64,000 bases of DNA. Source: Lingula anatina. Taxonomy: Eukaryota; Animalia; Brachiopoda. A program made the translations under genes and the position numbers. Shown here piece by piece: positions 51,687-63,056 of this stretch. The notes beneath the pieces were generated by a model, which saw nothing but the letters and a program-made list of their open reading frames with translations, ran no database searches and was not told the origin of the DNA. The stretch lies in assembly GCA_051362555.1 (NCBI GenBank), contig CM120648.1:13884587-13948586 (forward strand), given 5' to 3'. Position 1 is the first letter of the stretch. The number at the start of each line of letters is the position of its first letter.

Positions 51687-54600
51687 TTTTTGTCTCTCAG
51701 TAATTGTTAAGAATCATGGGAATTAATTCAGTAAATTAAATTTTCAAATTAACGCGATGTTATATTGGGGAATGCATAGTAGTGAGAAATCGTTTGTAAA
51801 AATAACTAGCTATTAACGAACGTTATTCTAGAATGGTAAATACACTTTTTCAAAAATTCTCTTACAAAATAAATAATCATTAAAAAACCTAAACAAAGTA
51901 AAATTGTCAGCCCTGGGAAAAATCCGAGGGAAAGATCATGATATTTCTTACATGCCCAACATCCATTTTCTGTAAAGAAAATATTGCACATATGTAATAA
52001 CTTCTTTGCAATTTTCCTAACATACATTGGTGTCAGATACGAGAAAATACACATTTGGCAGATACCTATACAGCAAAAGCTGCAGATTGTCAAAGAACAG
52101 CCTAATAGGGGGAAATATAACAAATTCCAGTCACATGGACGTCCTCTTTACCTATACACAGAACCTACATGTACATTTTTTTAACAAATTAATTAAACAA
52201 ACACCGGTTATATTCTAAGTTCAACGTTCTACGAACTAAATTCTACTTCAGAAAATTATTCATATTATTCTTACATATCAAATATCAATATCAGAAAACA
52301 TTACTGAGAAACTCGATAATGTGAGTACTTCACTAATACGCTACACTTATACAACTAAATAGCAGAAAGCGGTTCGTAAAATGACATTCATTTCTCAACA
52401 AGACAGCAAATATACGAATTTGAGGAAGAGATTTAGTGCTCTACGCGACAGTAAGTATTCAAATGATTGAAAATACGTTAAAGGTGAATGAACAGTATTG
52501 GACCTTTATATAGCAAACATTTCCCTAGTAACCTCGACACGTGTCCCGTTATCAACACGGTATACTGCAGGTAAAACAATTCACAGTATCACGATCTTTG
52601 TAGTTTGGGATTCAAGTTTCTAGTCTGCGGTCATTTTCTTCATAAAAATTGAATGAATTTTACACTTGCCAGAAATTAAGAATTCGCAACCGGACGAACA
52701 GACCGTAGCTTTCTTAACGGTTTTAGGTAGAAATCAAATTGGTGGTTAATGTATATTGGTGATAATTTTGATTTGGGCCTTAAACGACAGAAAGGTTTTG
52801 AATATTTTGCGAATTTAATTGGCATTTATAGAGCTAAACATCAAGTTACTTGCTGTCTTGCTGAAAAATACCACAAATAGTACCATTTCACAAATGTCAC
52901 GGTTGCAAACTTGAAATTATCGTAAGTATACAAGGTTTCAAGACACAGTAGATTATTGAAATAAAGCAAGCAAGTGTTTGTAGCTGGTTACCAAGCATTC
53001 CTAAACATGACCTATTTCAAATGCTTTTTTTGTAAAAGATTTCAAAGTTCGTGATGACAATTTGATTACAAACCATGTGAAAATACCACTGGACTGTTTT
53101 TTCATGAGCAGCGTCATATTAAAAATGATCATCAATCGAATATCCGTTTCAAACAGCATATCGTGCTTTCAGTTTGACCCTGTGAACGCCTTGCTCTTGC
53201 AATCCGTCAGGCAGAAATCACTAGAATGGCCACTTTTAAGCAGGCGTAAAGAATACTTTCACATATGGAAACAAACAAACAAAAAGATAAATAAATAAAT
53301 TTCCATATTCCAAACTAAACGTTAAATCACCATTTTCTGCTATTTTAAAGAATACCAAGAACAGAAGAATACTTCAAATACTAAGATGGCGAGCTTGTAA
53401 GTATTATTAGATGTAGAATATGTTAAAAGGCACAAGGACCGCATATCTCCCTCAATCAACATATAGCACGTCTTGTAACTGATAACAACGCAGTCTTAAA
53501 TATGTCCCTATTTCCAGTATTTAATTTTTAATAGGATGAAAATTACCATTGGACTAATGTATTTTAAATGAACAGTCTGATATTTACAGTCGGTATCAAT
53601 GAAAAGTATCGAAAATATGATCATAATCCGTCTCAAAAAGCATTCTATCTATTTATTCGTCGCCTATGCATTGTCAAGAAGAAATACATTTTAGTCTTCA
53701 ACTTGGAGGAAATGGAAGTAAGTTACATTACCTATATTACGTTCGACTACGAAGCACTCACTAAATATCAATATGCCAATGCCGACATGTGAAGGATTTT
53801 CATGGGCCATTTCACAGAATTTCCCCCTTCTTTCTCCTATTTCTCGTGTAACATTTTGCTGCCATTACTACTACTACTACAACTACTGCTACTGCTGATA
53901 TTTCGACGAACCAAATTCAAAAACAGAACATTATATATTTAGAAGAAGAAGTTATGGAGGAAGGAAATATTGTGGAATGACCAATACCAGTTTAAAGCAT
54001 GCAAGTGTCAAACTGCACTAAAAACTACTCACAAATAAGCTTTCACAAAATGCCTAATATATCTTATAACTTGATCTTGAATCGGTTGAAACTAAAATAT
54101 CGGTATACTTAATATCCAGACGGCCTTGCATCAAGCCCCTGCTCACTAAAAGTTGAAGAAGTGACATCTCTTTCTTGACGAGAGATTCAATACCATTCAT
54201 GGGGGGCGGGGGCGGGGGCAGGCAGGATGAAGTGGGGGACGTAAATCTTTTATTTAACACTCACCATTATCTGACGAATGAAACTTACGATTATATTTTA
54301 CAATATCAGAAATACATAAGACGAACAAGTGTTCAAAATGTTTCAGTATATATATACCAGAAAAAATATATCCCAGCCCTGTACCCACCCCAAAATAAAA
54401 GTACATTATGTAGGTCACCGGTCACTGGTCCACTGAATGATTTTATCTGAGCAGTTTTTGCCATGTTTGACCAACCAGACCTCACCAAAGCGCCATTTGA
54501 AAGAAAAACAGAAATAGGCGTCTCTGCCCACCATTGAAATATTGTTTTATATCTTTAATTTTAGGGACCTGAAATGACCAGATAATTTTTTGTGAATGAA

Positions 54601-54875
54601 CAATATTTCAACCTTATTACTGGATAGTGATGAATGAACTTCGATGCATGGACTTTGCGCATATACATCTATACTCCTCTCTCTCTCTCTGTGTGTGCGC
54701 GCGCGCGCGCGTGCTCAGTAATATGCCACAAGTCGTTTAGTTACACTAAACCATCTTTTAGTTTTTTTTTTCATTTTCATAACGTTAGACTACTCTGCTT
54801 TTGTAAATATCGTTTCGTTTTTGTCAGATCCATCGACGGTGACAGGCGGGCGTGCATCTAGGTAATTGGATGTTC

Positions 54876-55183
54876 CTTTTTCAATCTGATAGTTCTCCTA
54901 AAGTGACGAATAGAGCACGGTTTAATTTTTTTCGTTATACACAATTATTTCATAATACATGTAGAATTGGTGTCGAAACGTCAATGTCCGCATCGCGCTC
55001 ATACGCCTTCAAAGAACCAATGGCGATGTAGCTTTTTCAATCTGATAGTTATCTTAAAGTGACGAATAGAGCACGGTTTAATTTTTTTCGTTATACACAA
55101 TTATTTCATAATACATGTAGCATTGGGGTCGAAACGTCAATGTCCGCGTCGCGCTCATACGCCTTGAAAGAACCAATGGTGAT
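54876..55183. repeat. Tandem duplication of a 156-bp unit
   Basis: CTTTTTCAATCTGATAGTT starts at 54876 and 55032, and the copies differ by a few substitutions. Confidence 0.95.
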
Positions 55184-56225
55184 TGGGTTTTATGCACAGC
55201 AAATGTCTTTCATTGCCAGATTTACACACTAGTATTTTGTTATCAAACGTCTCAGATAAACAGACAAGTACCCTAGGTATCGTGTATATTGACAGCAGCC
55301 CCCTATGAACTATCCTTCACGGTGAAATGTTAAAGCTCGGCGTTCAGGCTTCTTGTCAGGGTACGTTCGGCGCTGCAGTGTTATATTTTTCTGTTTTTTT
55401 TCTACTAAGAGGATAGCACAGCACCAACAGATATTCTGAAAATAGACGTTCGTAAGACAGGCGCTCTATTAATATCAGTGTTGCGTTTCAAGAGTTTGGT
55501 TTAAATATTACATGTAACTAACAAAATACATTTTCAAAGTCACTGTTTAATTCATGTATAATTATGTATACATTTACTAAATATATCTAAAAATGTCTCA
55601 CACGCAAATGAGGGCGTCAATAAAAACGAATATTACAGTATGGGTTTTCTTTCTAATATTTAAGTTTTCAAACAGTGTGGCGTTTTTGCTTGCAAGGCCA
55701 TAGGCTGATAAAATGCTTGTGGGAGGGGTGAACAGTCGTTCGTTTAACTTTTTAGGCCTACAAAAGTTGCAGCTTATTTAGAGGCCTATCTCCCGTGGTT
55801 TCTACCTTGACGTGGTCTTTTGGACTGGTAGAAAGGCACAAGTCAACACTATTAAGATCCCAAATGAGTATTTTTCAAAATGTACTTGGACAATTTGACA
55901 CAACTTACTTCCTAATTAATTGACGAGATAATAATAATAATAATAACAAACTTCAGACATCACCCATGGCCTGGGTTTTGATGTTAAGTCAAATACCATT
56001 CTATCCACTTTAAAATCTATAATATACAAGTAATACTGCTGCATAATCGATGTATGGCAATACTGATAATATAAGGTTCTCATTGCAGTGTATTATTTAT
56101 ATAAAACGAAATATCTAACATTAATCTATATAAGGGATTTCCCACAAAAGTGAAAAGTGATCTTCAATTAGCAAACAAGATCCATTAAGGGCTATTCTCA
56201 ATCACTATAACTTTAATACTCTTGC

Positions 56226-57633
56226 TTAAAAATGGACATTTTCATTGTCCACTCCAGAATGAGCTAATTGATGCTGTTTGCAGGTTTCTCTGTAGATAAA
56301 TGTTTTCTCACAAAACCTGCAGGAGTATGGTCTCTCCCCCCTGTGAAGTCTCTCGTGACCAATACAGATAGCTTTTTCCATAAAAATCTTTTCACAATAC
56401 TGGCATTTATAAGATTTGTGCCCAATGTGAATCCTCTTGTGGCGAATAAGTTCTTTCTTCTCGGCAAATCTTCTGAAGCAAAACTGACATTTCTGAGGCT
56501 TTTCAGATCCAAGTCCATGCTGCCGTTGGTGTGCATTCTTTCCCAAGGAGCTGATAAATTTCTTGCCGCAGTGCCGGCACTGGTACATGTATGGATCTTC
56601 TCCAGTGTGTGTCCTTTCATGTTCACTGTAGATATTGTATCTAGAATATCTCTCCCCATAGTGCTGGCACTTCAATGTGTTTTTCCCTTTATGTTCCGAT
56701 TCATGAGTTTTCCAACTGGCTTTGTGTGGGAATGTTCTGTCACAGTACATGCAGTGATATCTGTAACTCAAGTGAATTTCTTCATGTCTTTTATAACGAT
56801 CTGGAGACCAAAACTGCATAGGGCAATAGGAACAGATATAGAGGGTTCTTGGAGCATCACCTGCACATATAATTGTGTTGTTGGCATGAGTTTTATGATT
56901 ATCCAACAGTGGCTTTCTTGGACTAATTTGAGCACTAACAGGATCCTTTTCTAAATTGGTGACATTCTGAGAATTTAATTTTTCTGTGATTGTTGATCCT
57001 GGGTTATCTGGAGTGAAAACAGAGTTCATAGATACTTTTAAATCTTGGCTTGTTTTGTCATTACCCTGGTGCATTTCATCCTTCACCTCTTGTTTAATGT
57101 GTTTTATGGAAATGTTAGAAAAATTCTCATTACCATCAAAAATGGTGTACAGGCCTTTGGTGTCCTGATTGTCTAGGCTATGAAAATTTCCCTCAACTGA
57201 TATGTGCTGCTTACTGGTAACAGAACTATTTTTGTGGTCATTTGAAATTACATTAGGCCTGTACTGCCATCTTGTGTCCTGGATAACTCCATCAGTCTTG
57301 TCTGGCTTAGGCTGCCATCTGGTGTCCTGGATAACTCCATCAGTCTTGTCTGGCTTAGGCTGCCATCTGGTGTCCTGGAGAACTCCATAAGTCTGGTCTG
57401 TCTTAGGCTGCCATCTGGTGTCCTGGAGAACTCCATCAGACTGGTCTGGCTTAGGCTGCCATCTGGTGTCCTGGATAACTCCATCAGTCTGGTTTGGCTC
57501 AGGCTGTGTTCTGATGTCAGAAATGTGAAAACTAACGGGATAATCATCCGACTCATGCTGCCCTCTGGTGTTGGCAATGTCTGGACCAATGGAAACGTGT
57601 TGAACTGACTCATGCTGCTTTTCTGTGTCCAAC
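56226..57633 (-). CDS. C2H2 zinc-finger protein, terminal exon (seven fingers, one degenerate, plus 16-aa repeats)
   Basis: Long open frame with CxxC...HxxxH fingers and HTGE/HRGERPY linkers. Acceptor TTTTTGTAAG| at 57634, phase 2. Confidence 0.93.
57262..57510 (-). repeat. 48-bp coding tandem repeat (QDTRWQPKPDKTDGVI-like, about 5 copies)
   Basis: Recurrent GGCTGCCATCTGGTGTCCTGG with 48-bp period. Confidence 0.93.
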
Positions 57634-57844
57634 CTTACAAAAATAAATAAATGAATAAAGATAACTGCTGAAAAAATAATAGAAATGAATAAAGTCACTT
57701 AATAGCATTACTATGCTGTGTATTGTTGGGTTGCTGTAATGACAAATCTGAAACAATTTAATAAATAATGTTGTGGAGTATGAGTATGTTGTGCTATGCA
57801 GTTCTGGACTTCCAATACAAAATGAATAAGAAAAATGCCCTTAC

Positions 57845-57934
57845 AGAAATGGACTGAAGTCTTCATAGCCATCATCATTTCCAAGTATTTTTTTCATACA
57901 TGGTTTAGAAAGAAGATCATTGTATTCGTAATAT
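57845..57934 (-). CDS. Zinc-finger gene internal exon (YYEYNDLLSKPCMKKILGNDDGYEDFSPF)
   Basis: TTTTAG| and |GTAAGG boundaries, 90 bp, phase 2-2, open frame. Confidence 0.8.
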
Positions 57935-58257
57935 CTAAAAAGATAAGGAAGAAATACTGTTAAGCGACAAGTTAAGGGTAACAAAAATGAAAAAGAAAAA
58001 AAAAAAAAAACTCATAGAAATTATAAATTATACATCATCCACACACAAACTAAGTCCACATGCCAGAACTCCCACCAAGACCTGCAACATCCTCCAACCT
58101 TGAGTGACATATAGTGGAGGTCATGTGATCAAGGCTCTTTGGGGAACTGTTGAAATAATGCAGTATGGGTAGAAAAGATGTTGTCTCTTTAAAAACGAGT
58201 TTCTTTTTTATTTACATGTAATTTGTAGATGTATATTAAAGATGGCCGACTACTCAC

Positions 58258-58552
58258 ATGTCTATCAGCAGCTTTGCCAGCCTTTCACTGGTGCCATATT
58301 GTAGTTCGTCTTTTAAAATTTTCCATCTCCCTGTTTGTTGTCCAATATTAATAAAATTAGGAGGTAAAACAAGTTGAAGAACATCATCATGGTGGTTGTT
58401 TCTTCCCATTCTCTTTTTTTCTTCTCTAAGTTCTCTGTCCAGGTCTAGGCTCCAAGGATGCTGGGGGAAATACTTGCTGCCTTCCTTGAAACTGGTTTGC
58501 CTTTTGGGTAAATATTGCCCATTGTTTGGCTTGATATATTTTGATTGCCACA
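58258..58552 (-). CDS. Zinc-finger gene internal exon with ZNF653/ZNF692-like helical motif
   Basis: Pyrimidine tract plus TAAG| acceptor and |GTGAGT donor, 295 bp, phase 1-2. Encodes FINIGQQTGRWKILKDELQYGTSERLAKLLID. Confidence 0.8.
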
Positions 58553-59154
58553 CTTATTTGAAGGACCAAAAAGAGAAAAGATCTGAGTCAGAAAATATTC
58601 CAGATATAATAATATTTATCACAAATAACAGATATGAAAAAAAAAACACTTTTAAGAATCCGAGTTGACATTAATAATTTATCTTTTTGCAACTGTGTAA
58701 ATGCATGGGATTTACCCACCAAAATGAATTTCTCTTGGGGGAAAATGCTATTTTCCCTACTCACATATCATTGCTCAACCTTTCCCTTGTATTAGACTTT
58801 TTCTTCAATTTTTTTATTTTTAAATAAGTTTTATATAGTTGACGCATGCTTTAGATGGCCTTAACTGGGTTTGGCACATATTTAAATTCATAACACAAAA
58901 AATGACAGTGTTTTGTCCCTGTGCCGTGACATTGTGAGTCTTAATAGTTCCAGACTAGGCTTTTATTTAATGGGATTTATCATCTTTCTGATCTGAATTA
59001 GAAAAATTTTTAATAAAAATTAAAACTTTTCAGAATACAAAAATGGCTGTGTTGAATTTTCAAACACATGGAGATAACTTTAAAATATCACTTCAAGGTA
59101 ACAATAAACTATAATAAGAAAATTTAAACATGATAATGTGTATTAACTACTCAC

Positions 59155-59265
59155 CACCTTGAATATGACTGTCCTCAGACACAGACTGTGACATGCTTCG
59201 TAAACTACTTAGTGGTATTTCATCTTCACTATCACTGCTAGATACCACTTGTTTCCTTCTACTAC
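59155..59265 (-). CDS. Zinc-finger gene internal exon (SSSDSEDEIPLSSL)
   Basis: TTAG| and |GTGAGT boundaries, 111 bp, phase 1-1. Confidence 0.8.
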
Positions 59266-59722
59266 CTAATATGTAAAATAACAGCCTTCCATGATGATTG
59301 ACAGAATTAGTTTGTTTACAATATTGCTGATTTTTCATCAGATTTTTCATGGTTCCAAGGAATTGAACTTACTGAAGTTTTAGCGATATATAGTTATCAC
59401 TTGGAACGCAATCAGAACAGATGGTCTGTCAACTAGCTGATCTGAAGACTAAATATGGCAGACCCCACTCAAAAAGTAATGATGTTATTTACCGAATGGT
59501 CTCCCTGCCTCCACACATACCGTTGCTGCAGAGGCCTAGCAAATAAGCCTTGTAGCTGAGATTAAATGCATTTAACTGCACATCTGCAGATCATCTGTCT
59601 GATTGTACTCTTACTTATAAACAAAAATTATTTATATAACTGACAATAACCAAGTGAAATAACAAATATTGCAATGAGTGAATAATGTGAATGTAAACTT
59701 ATGTGACAAACTGGATACTCAC

Positions 59723-59815
59723 CATTTTGTTGATGAACTTCTGGGTTTATAGAGGGCACACTTATCAACTTGCTTAAGGGAATGTCATCCTCTGAATCAC
59801 ATCTCCTGGCCTTCA
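59723..59815 (-). CDS. Zinc-finger gene internal exon (CDSEDDIPLSKL)
   Basis: TCAG| and |GTGAGT boundaries, 93 bp, phase 1-1. Confidence 0.8.
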
Positions 59816-59978
59816 CTGATAAGAAATGTACAGATATAACAACTGAATCACACAGTTAATATGCAAGGAATATTACTATTTACCACATTAAGTTTCTTTA
59901 GTAGCATTCAAAAATAAAAGACACTGGTAACTAAGCACTGCATACTAGGTTGAATTAAAAATAAAAAATTTGAAATAC

Positions 59979-60042
59979 CATATTTCTTTGCTCCTGCCTT
60001 CTTGGCAATATAACCAATCTTCTTTCTCTTTTTATTTGGCAT
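59979..60042 (-). CDS. Zinc-finger gene probable first coding exon (MPNKKRKKIGYIAKKAGAKKY, NLS-like)
   Basis: TCAG|ATG and |GTATTT donor, 64 bp, phase 1 out matching the next exon. Further upstream exons are possible. Confidence 0.7.
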
Positions 60043-60130
60043 CTGAGTAATAATAAATGTATGATATTAAATCAAGGATTCTAACATTTGCAGCCACAGA
60101 TATCAAATAAAACCAATACTTTTCTCAGGG

Positions 60131-60501
60131 CAGGGCTAGACACTAACTTTTATGTAACATATATTTGACCTGGCCGATTTTCAATCTAACCTGTCCAACA
60201 AAACCAATAATTTTTTTCTATTCATACCACTGAACTTAGTAAAAAAATAAGTCATAAGTTTGCTCAGACTTTGTTGTGCGACTGCATGTGTTTTTTGCCA
60301 AAAGTAGGTCACTCTTTTCAGTACCGTCTAGGAAAAGACAAAAAAAAAAAATGTTAGTATGTAACAAAAAATGATTTTTTCTCCAAATTTCTCATAAAAC
60401 ATAACCTGCCCGTTGGACAGACAACCCTGAAACTTCACCTGTCTGAGCTGAATTTTTACCTGTCCCGCGGACAGGGGGACAGGCGCTAATGTCCAGCCCT
60501 G
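60131..60501. mobile_element. hAT-like MITE with 5-bp TSD
   Basis: TIR CAGGGCT(A/G)GACA, CAGGG duplicated at 60126-60130 and 60502-60506, and subterminal ACCTGTC/GGACAG motifs. Confidence 0.82.
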
Positions 60502-61004
60502 CAGGGTAAAATTAATAAGAAATCATTTAATGACTGTAATGCTGATACTATACAAACATGTATGTGAGAGTCAACAATAAATAACTTAAAAAGCCTATCA
60601 ATATACAATGATTGTAAGTATTAACAATCACAAGGGAAATTAATTTTATGGAAAATAATTTTAACAATGATTACAGTTCTCATTTGGTGAGTTATTTGAT
60701 GCAGAAACTCAATGTACTGAGAATGGAGCAATCTTTTTTGAGCCCTGATATTCACCCTACTGAGAACATTGGCATATACTCGAGTGTGCATTGCAGAGGA
60801 AAACTAACATCCTTACATCCCGGACACACTTGCCCAAGCTCTTCAGAAATATCCAACAAAACAGATGTGTTACATTTGTTGGGGGCAATCTGTAGTATGT
60901 GATAGTCACTGTGCTGACAAAAATGAAACAAAAATTGACTAAATGCTTAACCTTCATTACAGATTCCTTATTTGCTAGGAATCAGATGTGGTCATTAGTA
61001 TCTC

Positions 61005-61294
61005 TAGGGGACTATTCAGAATGAGAAGAGTCGAGTGTTAGCTGGTCCACAGCCTAAATATGGTGCACCCACATGAAAGAAAGACTGCTTAATAATGTAA
61101 TGGTCTCTCTGCCTCCCCACGCATTGTCCCTCGACCAGTCAAATTGAGATGCAGGGATGACGTGTGGGGAGGCGTGAAAGAGGCGGAGAGACCATTACAG
61201 GATTAAGTGGCCTTCCTTTCTTCTAGGTCTGCCATATTTAGGATGTGCACCAGCTAGCACTCAGCTCTTCTCATATGTTCTGAATGGTCCCCTA
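61005..61294. mobile_element. Old foldback/MITE related to 6620-6907
   Basis: TAGGGGACTATTCAGAA ... TTCTGAATGGTCCCCTA, with arms pairing imperfectly throughout. Confidence 0.75.
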
Positions 61295-61723
61295 TAGGTA
61301 ATCAGGAAAACATTTGTTTGGGTGCATAAGTCACCAGCAAGAATTAAGTACACTGAATATGAGTGGAAAATTACATCAGTGCACTTGTTTTGAAAAGGTG
61401 AAATACATGTATTGGAAATAAAGGAAAAAAAATCTGCTTTTCCTACATGTAAACCACTTCCATACCCACAAAACTTACCAGGGCGTACATAATTTTCTAT
61501 GTATGTTTGTCATTTCTGTAGTAAATGTCCAAGCTAGGCTACTGAAGTACTGGCATAGTGAGTGGAAACCATAATAGTCCATCACCATCAATTAAAATTT
61601 ACTAAAAAAATCAGCTTAATCCTAGAACATGTTGCTATGGCAACAAAATTTACGTAGGTTTCAATCACTTTTCGACAATCTTGCTAGTCCCAAGATTCAT
61701 TGCTTCCAATGTTCCCTATAGAA

Positions 61724-62200
61724 CCCAGATAGCAAAGAGTGGTCGCGCCAACGTCGGCCCGACGACTTTGCCTCCGTCGGGCCAACGTTGGCAGACGACG
61801 TCGGTTCTAAGTCGGCGTGTCCGGCGGCCCGCCGTTGGCCCACCGGTGGTCTGCCACCTTTTTGCCAACGTCGCACCGACGCTGGGCCGACGTCATTATG
61901 GATAAACGGCGGTCAGCCGCTGTCATGCCGACAATTTGTCAACTTCGCGCCAACGTCGGGCCAACGTCGTTATGAGCTATATTACTATCGGCGGTTAGCC
62001 GCTGTTATGCCGACCTTTTGCCGACGTCGCGCCAACGTTATTATCGATAACCGGCGGTCAGCCACTATAATGCCGACCTTTTGCCGACGTCGCGCCAACG
62101 TTGGGCCAATGTCGTTATGAGCTATTACTATCGGCGGTTAGCCGCTGTTATGCCAACGGTGCCACCTTCTTGCCAACTTCGCGCCAACGTAGTTAACCAT
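61724..62200. mobile_element. EnSpm/CACTA-like non-autonomous element end with subterminal repeats
   Basis: CCCAGATAGCA terminus followed by many direct and inverted GCC(A/G)ACGT units in GC-rich sequence. The other end was not found. Confidence 0.6.
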
Positions 62201-62459
62201 CGTTTTACCACCGTTATGCAAATAATGCCGTTCTTTAATTAGCCAATGTTATTATGGACTCTCCATGGTCAGCCAGCTATGACTCAATTGGCGAACGTTG
62301 GCAATAGGGTAGCAGCGGCGTTTCTTCGTAATAACCCTCTCACTGAAGTGAAAAAGTCCCGTTGGCCTAAAAGATAATAATAATAACAACGTGAATCATG
62401 TTTTGTGAAGAAACATCTTTATAAATCTGAGTGAGTTAATAACGATAATTCAATTAGTT

Positions 62460-62558
62460 ATTGAAAATAAATATTATTACTGATGCATCTCTAAAGATCT
62501 ACTTTACAGATGTCATATATAATCCAAGCTTTCGGTCCCTAGGCCTTCTTCAGAGACA
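62460..62558 (-). mobile_element. Penelope-like terminal-repeat fragment with minimal hammerhead motif
   Basis: Minus strand reads CTGAAGA-AGGCCTAGGGACC-GAAA-GCTT. The adjacent ~60 bp is shared with 36383-36441. Confidence 0.5.
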
Positions 62559-62959
62559 TTAAAAAAATGGTGAAGAAAAACTCCTGGGGTATGTGGCGTC
62601 GATGATGTGTTAAAGGCACGCGATGCTGCAAAAGCGTCCTAAACGCTAAACGTAACATATAAAAAATCAATATTCATTTAAGAAACTATTGTCCCTACTG
62701 AGTCCATTATTCAGGGTGTTTAGTGTTCTAATACATTTCTGTACGACGATCCGTCTTTGCCTAGTGTCGTTTCCTTTTAAGACGGTGACGTGATGTCTTT
62801 AGCTGAGTGTTGTGTTGTCCCACAGGCACGAAGAGGTTTTTGTTGTTTATAGGGCAGCGGTGGTGTCTAATTCTGTCTTTTAATTTCTGCCTCGTTTCCC
62901 CGACGTACATTTGATGGCATTGTTAACATCATATCAAATAGATGACGCTCTGTGAGTCG

Positions 62960-63056
62960 CAAGATTTGCAGCATATCTTTGACTACGACACTACGCTGGA
63001 AAGAAGTGACTGTGGCCTTAATTCCCACACGGGACGAAGAGGAATGATGATGATGA
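62960..63056 (+). mobile_element. RTE-type LINE 3' end
   Basis: Encodes RWKEVTVALIPTRDEEE* followed by a (TGA)n tail, and matches 10690-10735. Confidence 0.65.

Noticed and set aside
54895-54990. Hammerhead/retrozyme in the 156-bp repeat
   Set aside because: GAAACGTC is present, but the upstream box is GTGACGA rather than CTGANGA and no stem II is evident.
57634-57698. Signal-peptide-like start MTLFISIIFSAVIFIHLF of the 490-aa ORF
   Set aside because: This is the translated intronic pyrimidine tract. The real exon begins at the acceptor at 57633.
60817-60889. Additional upstream exon of the ZF gene
   Set aside because: Splice signals and phase are plausible, but coding versus UTR status cannot be supported without transcripts.
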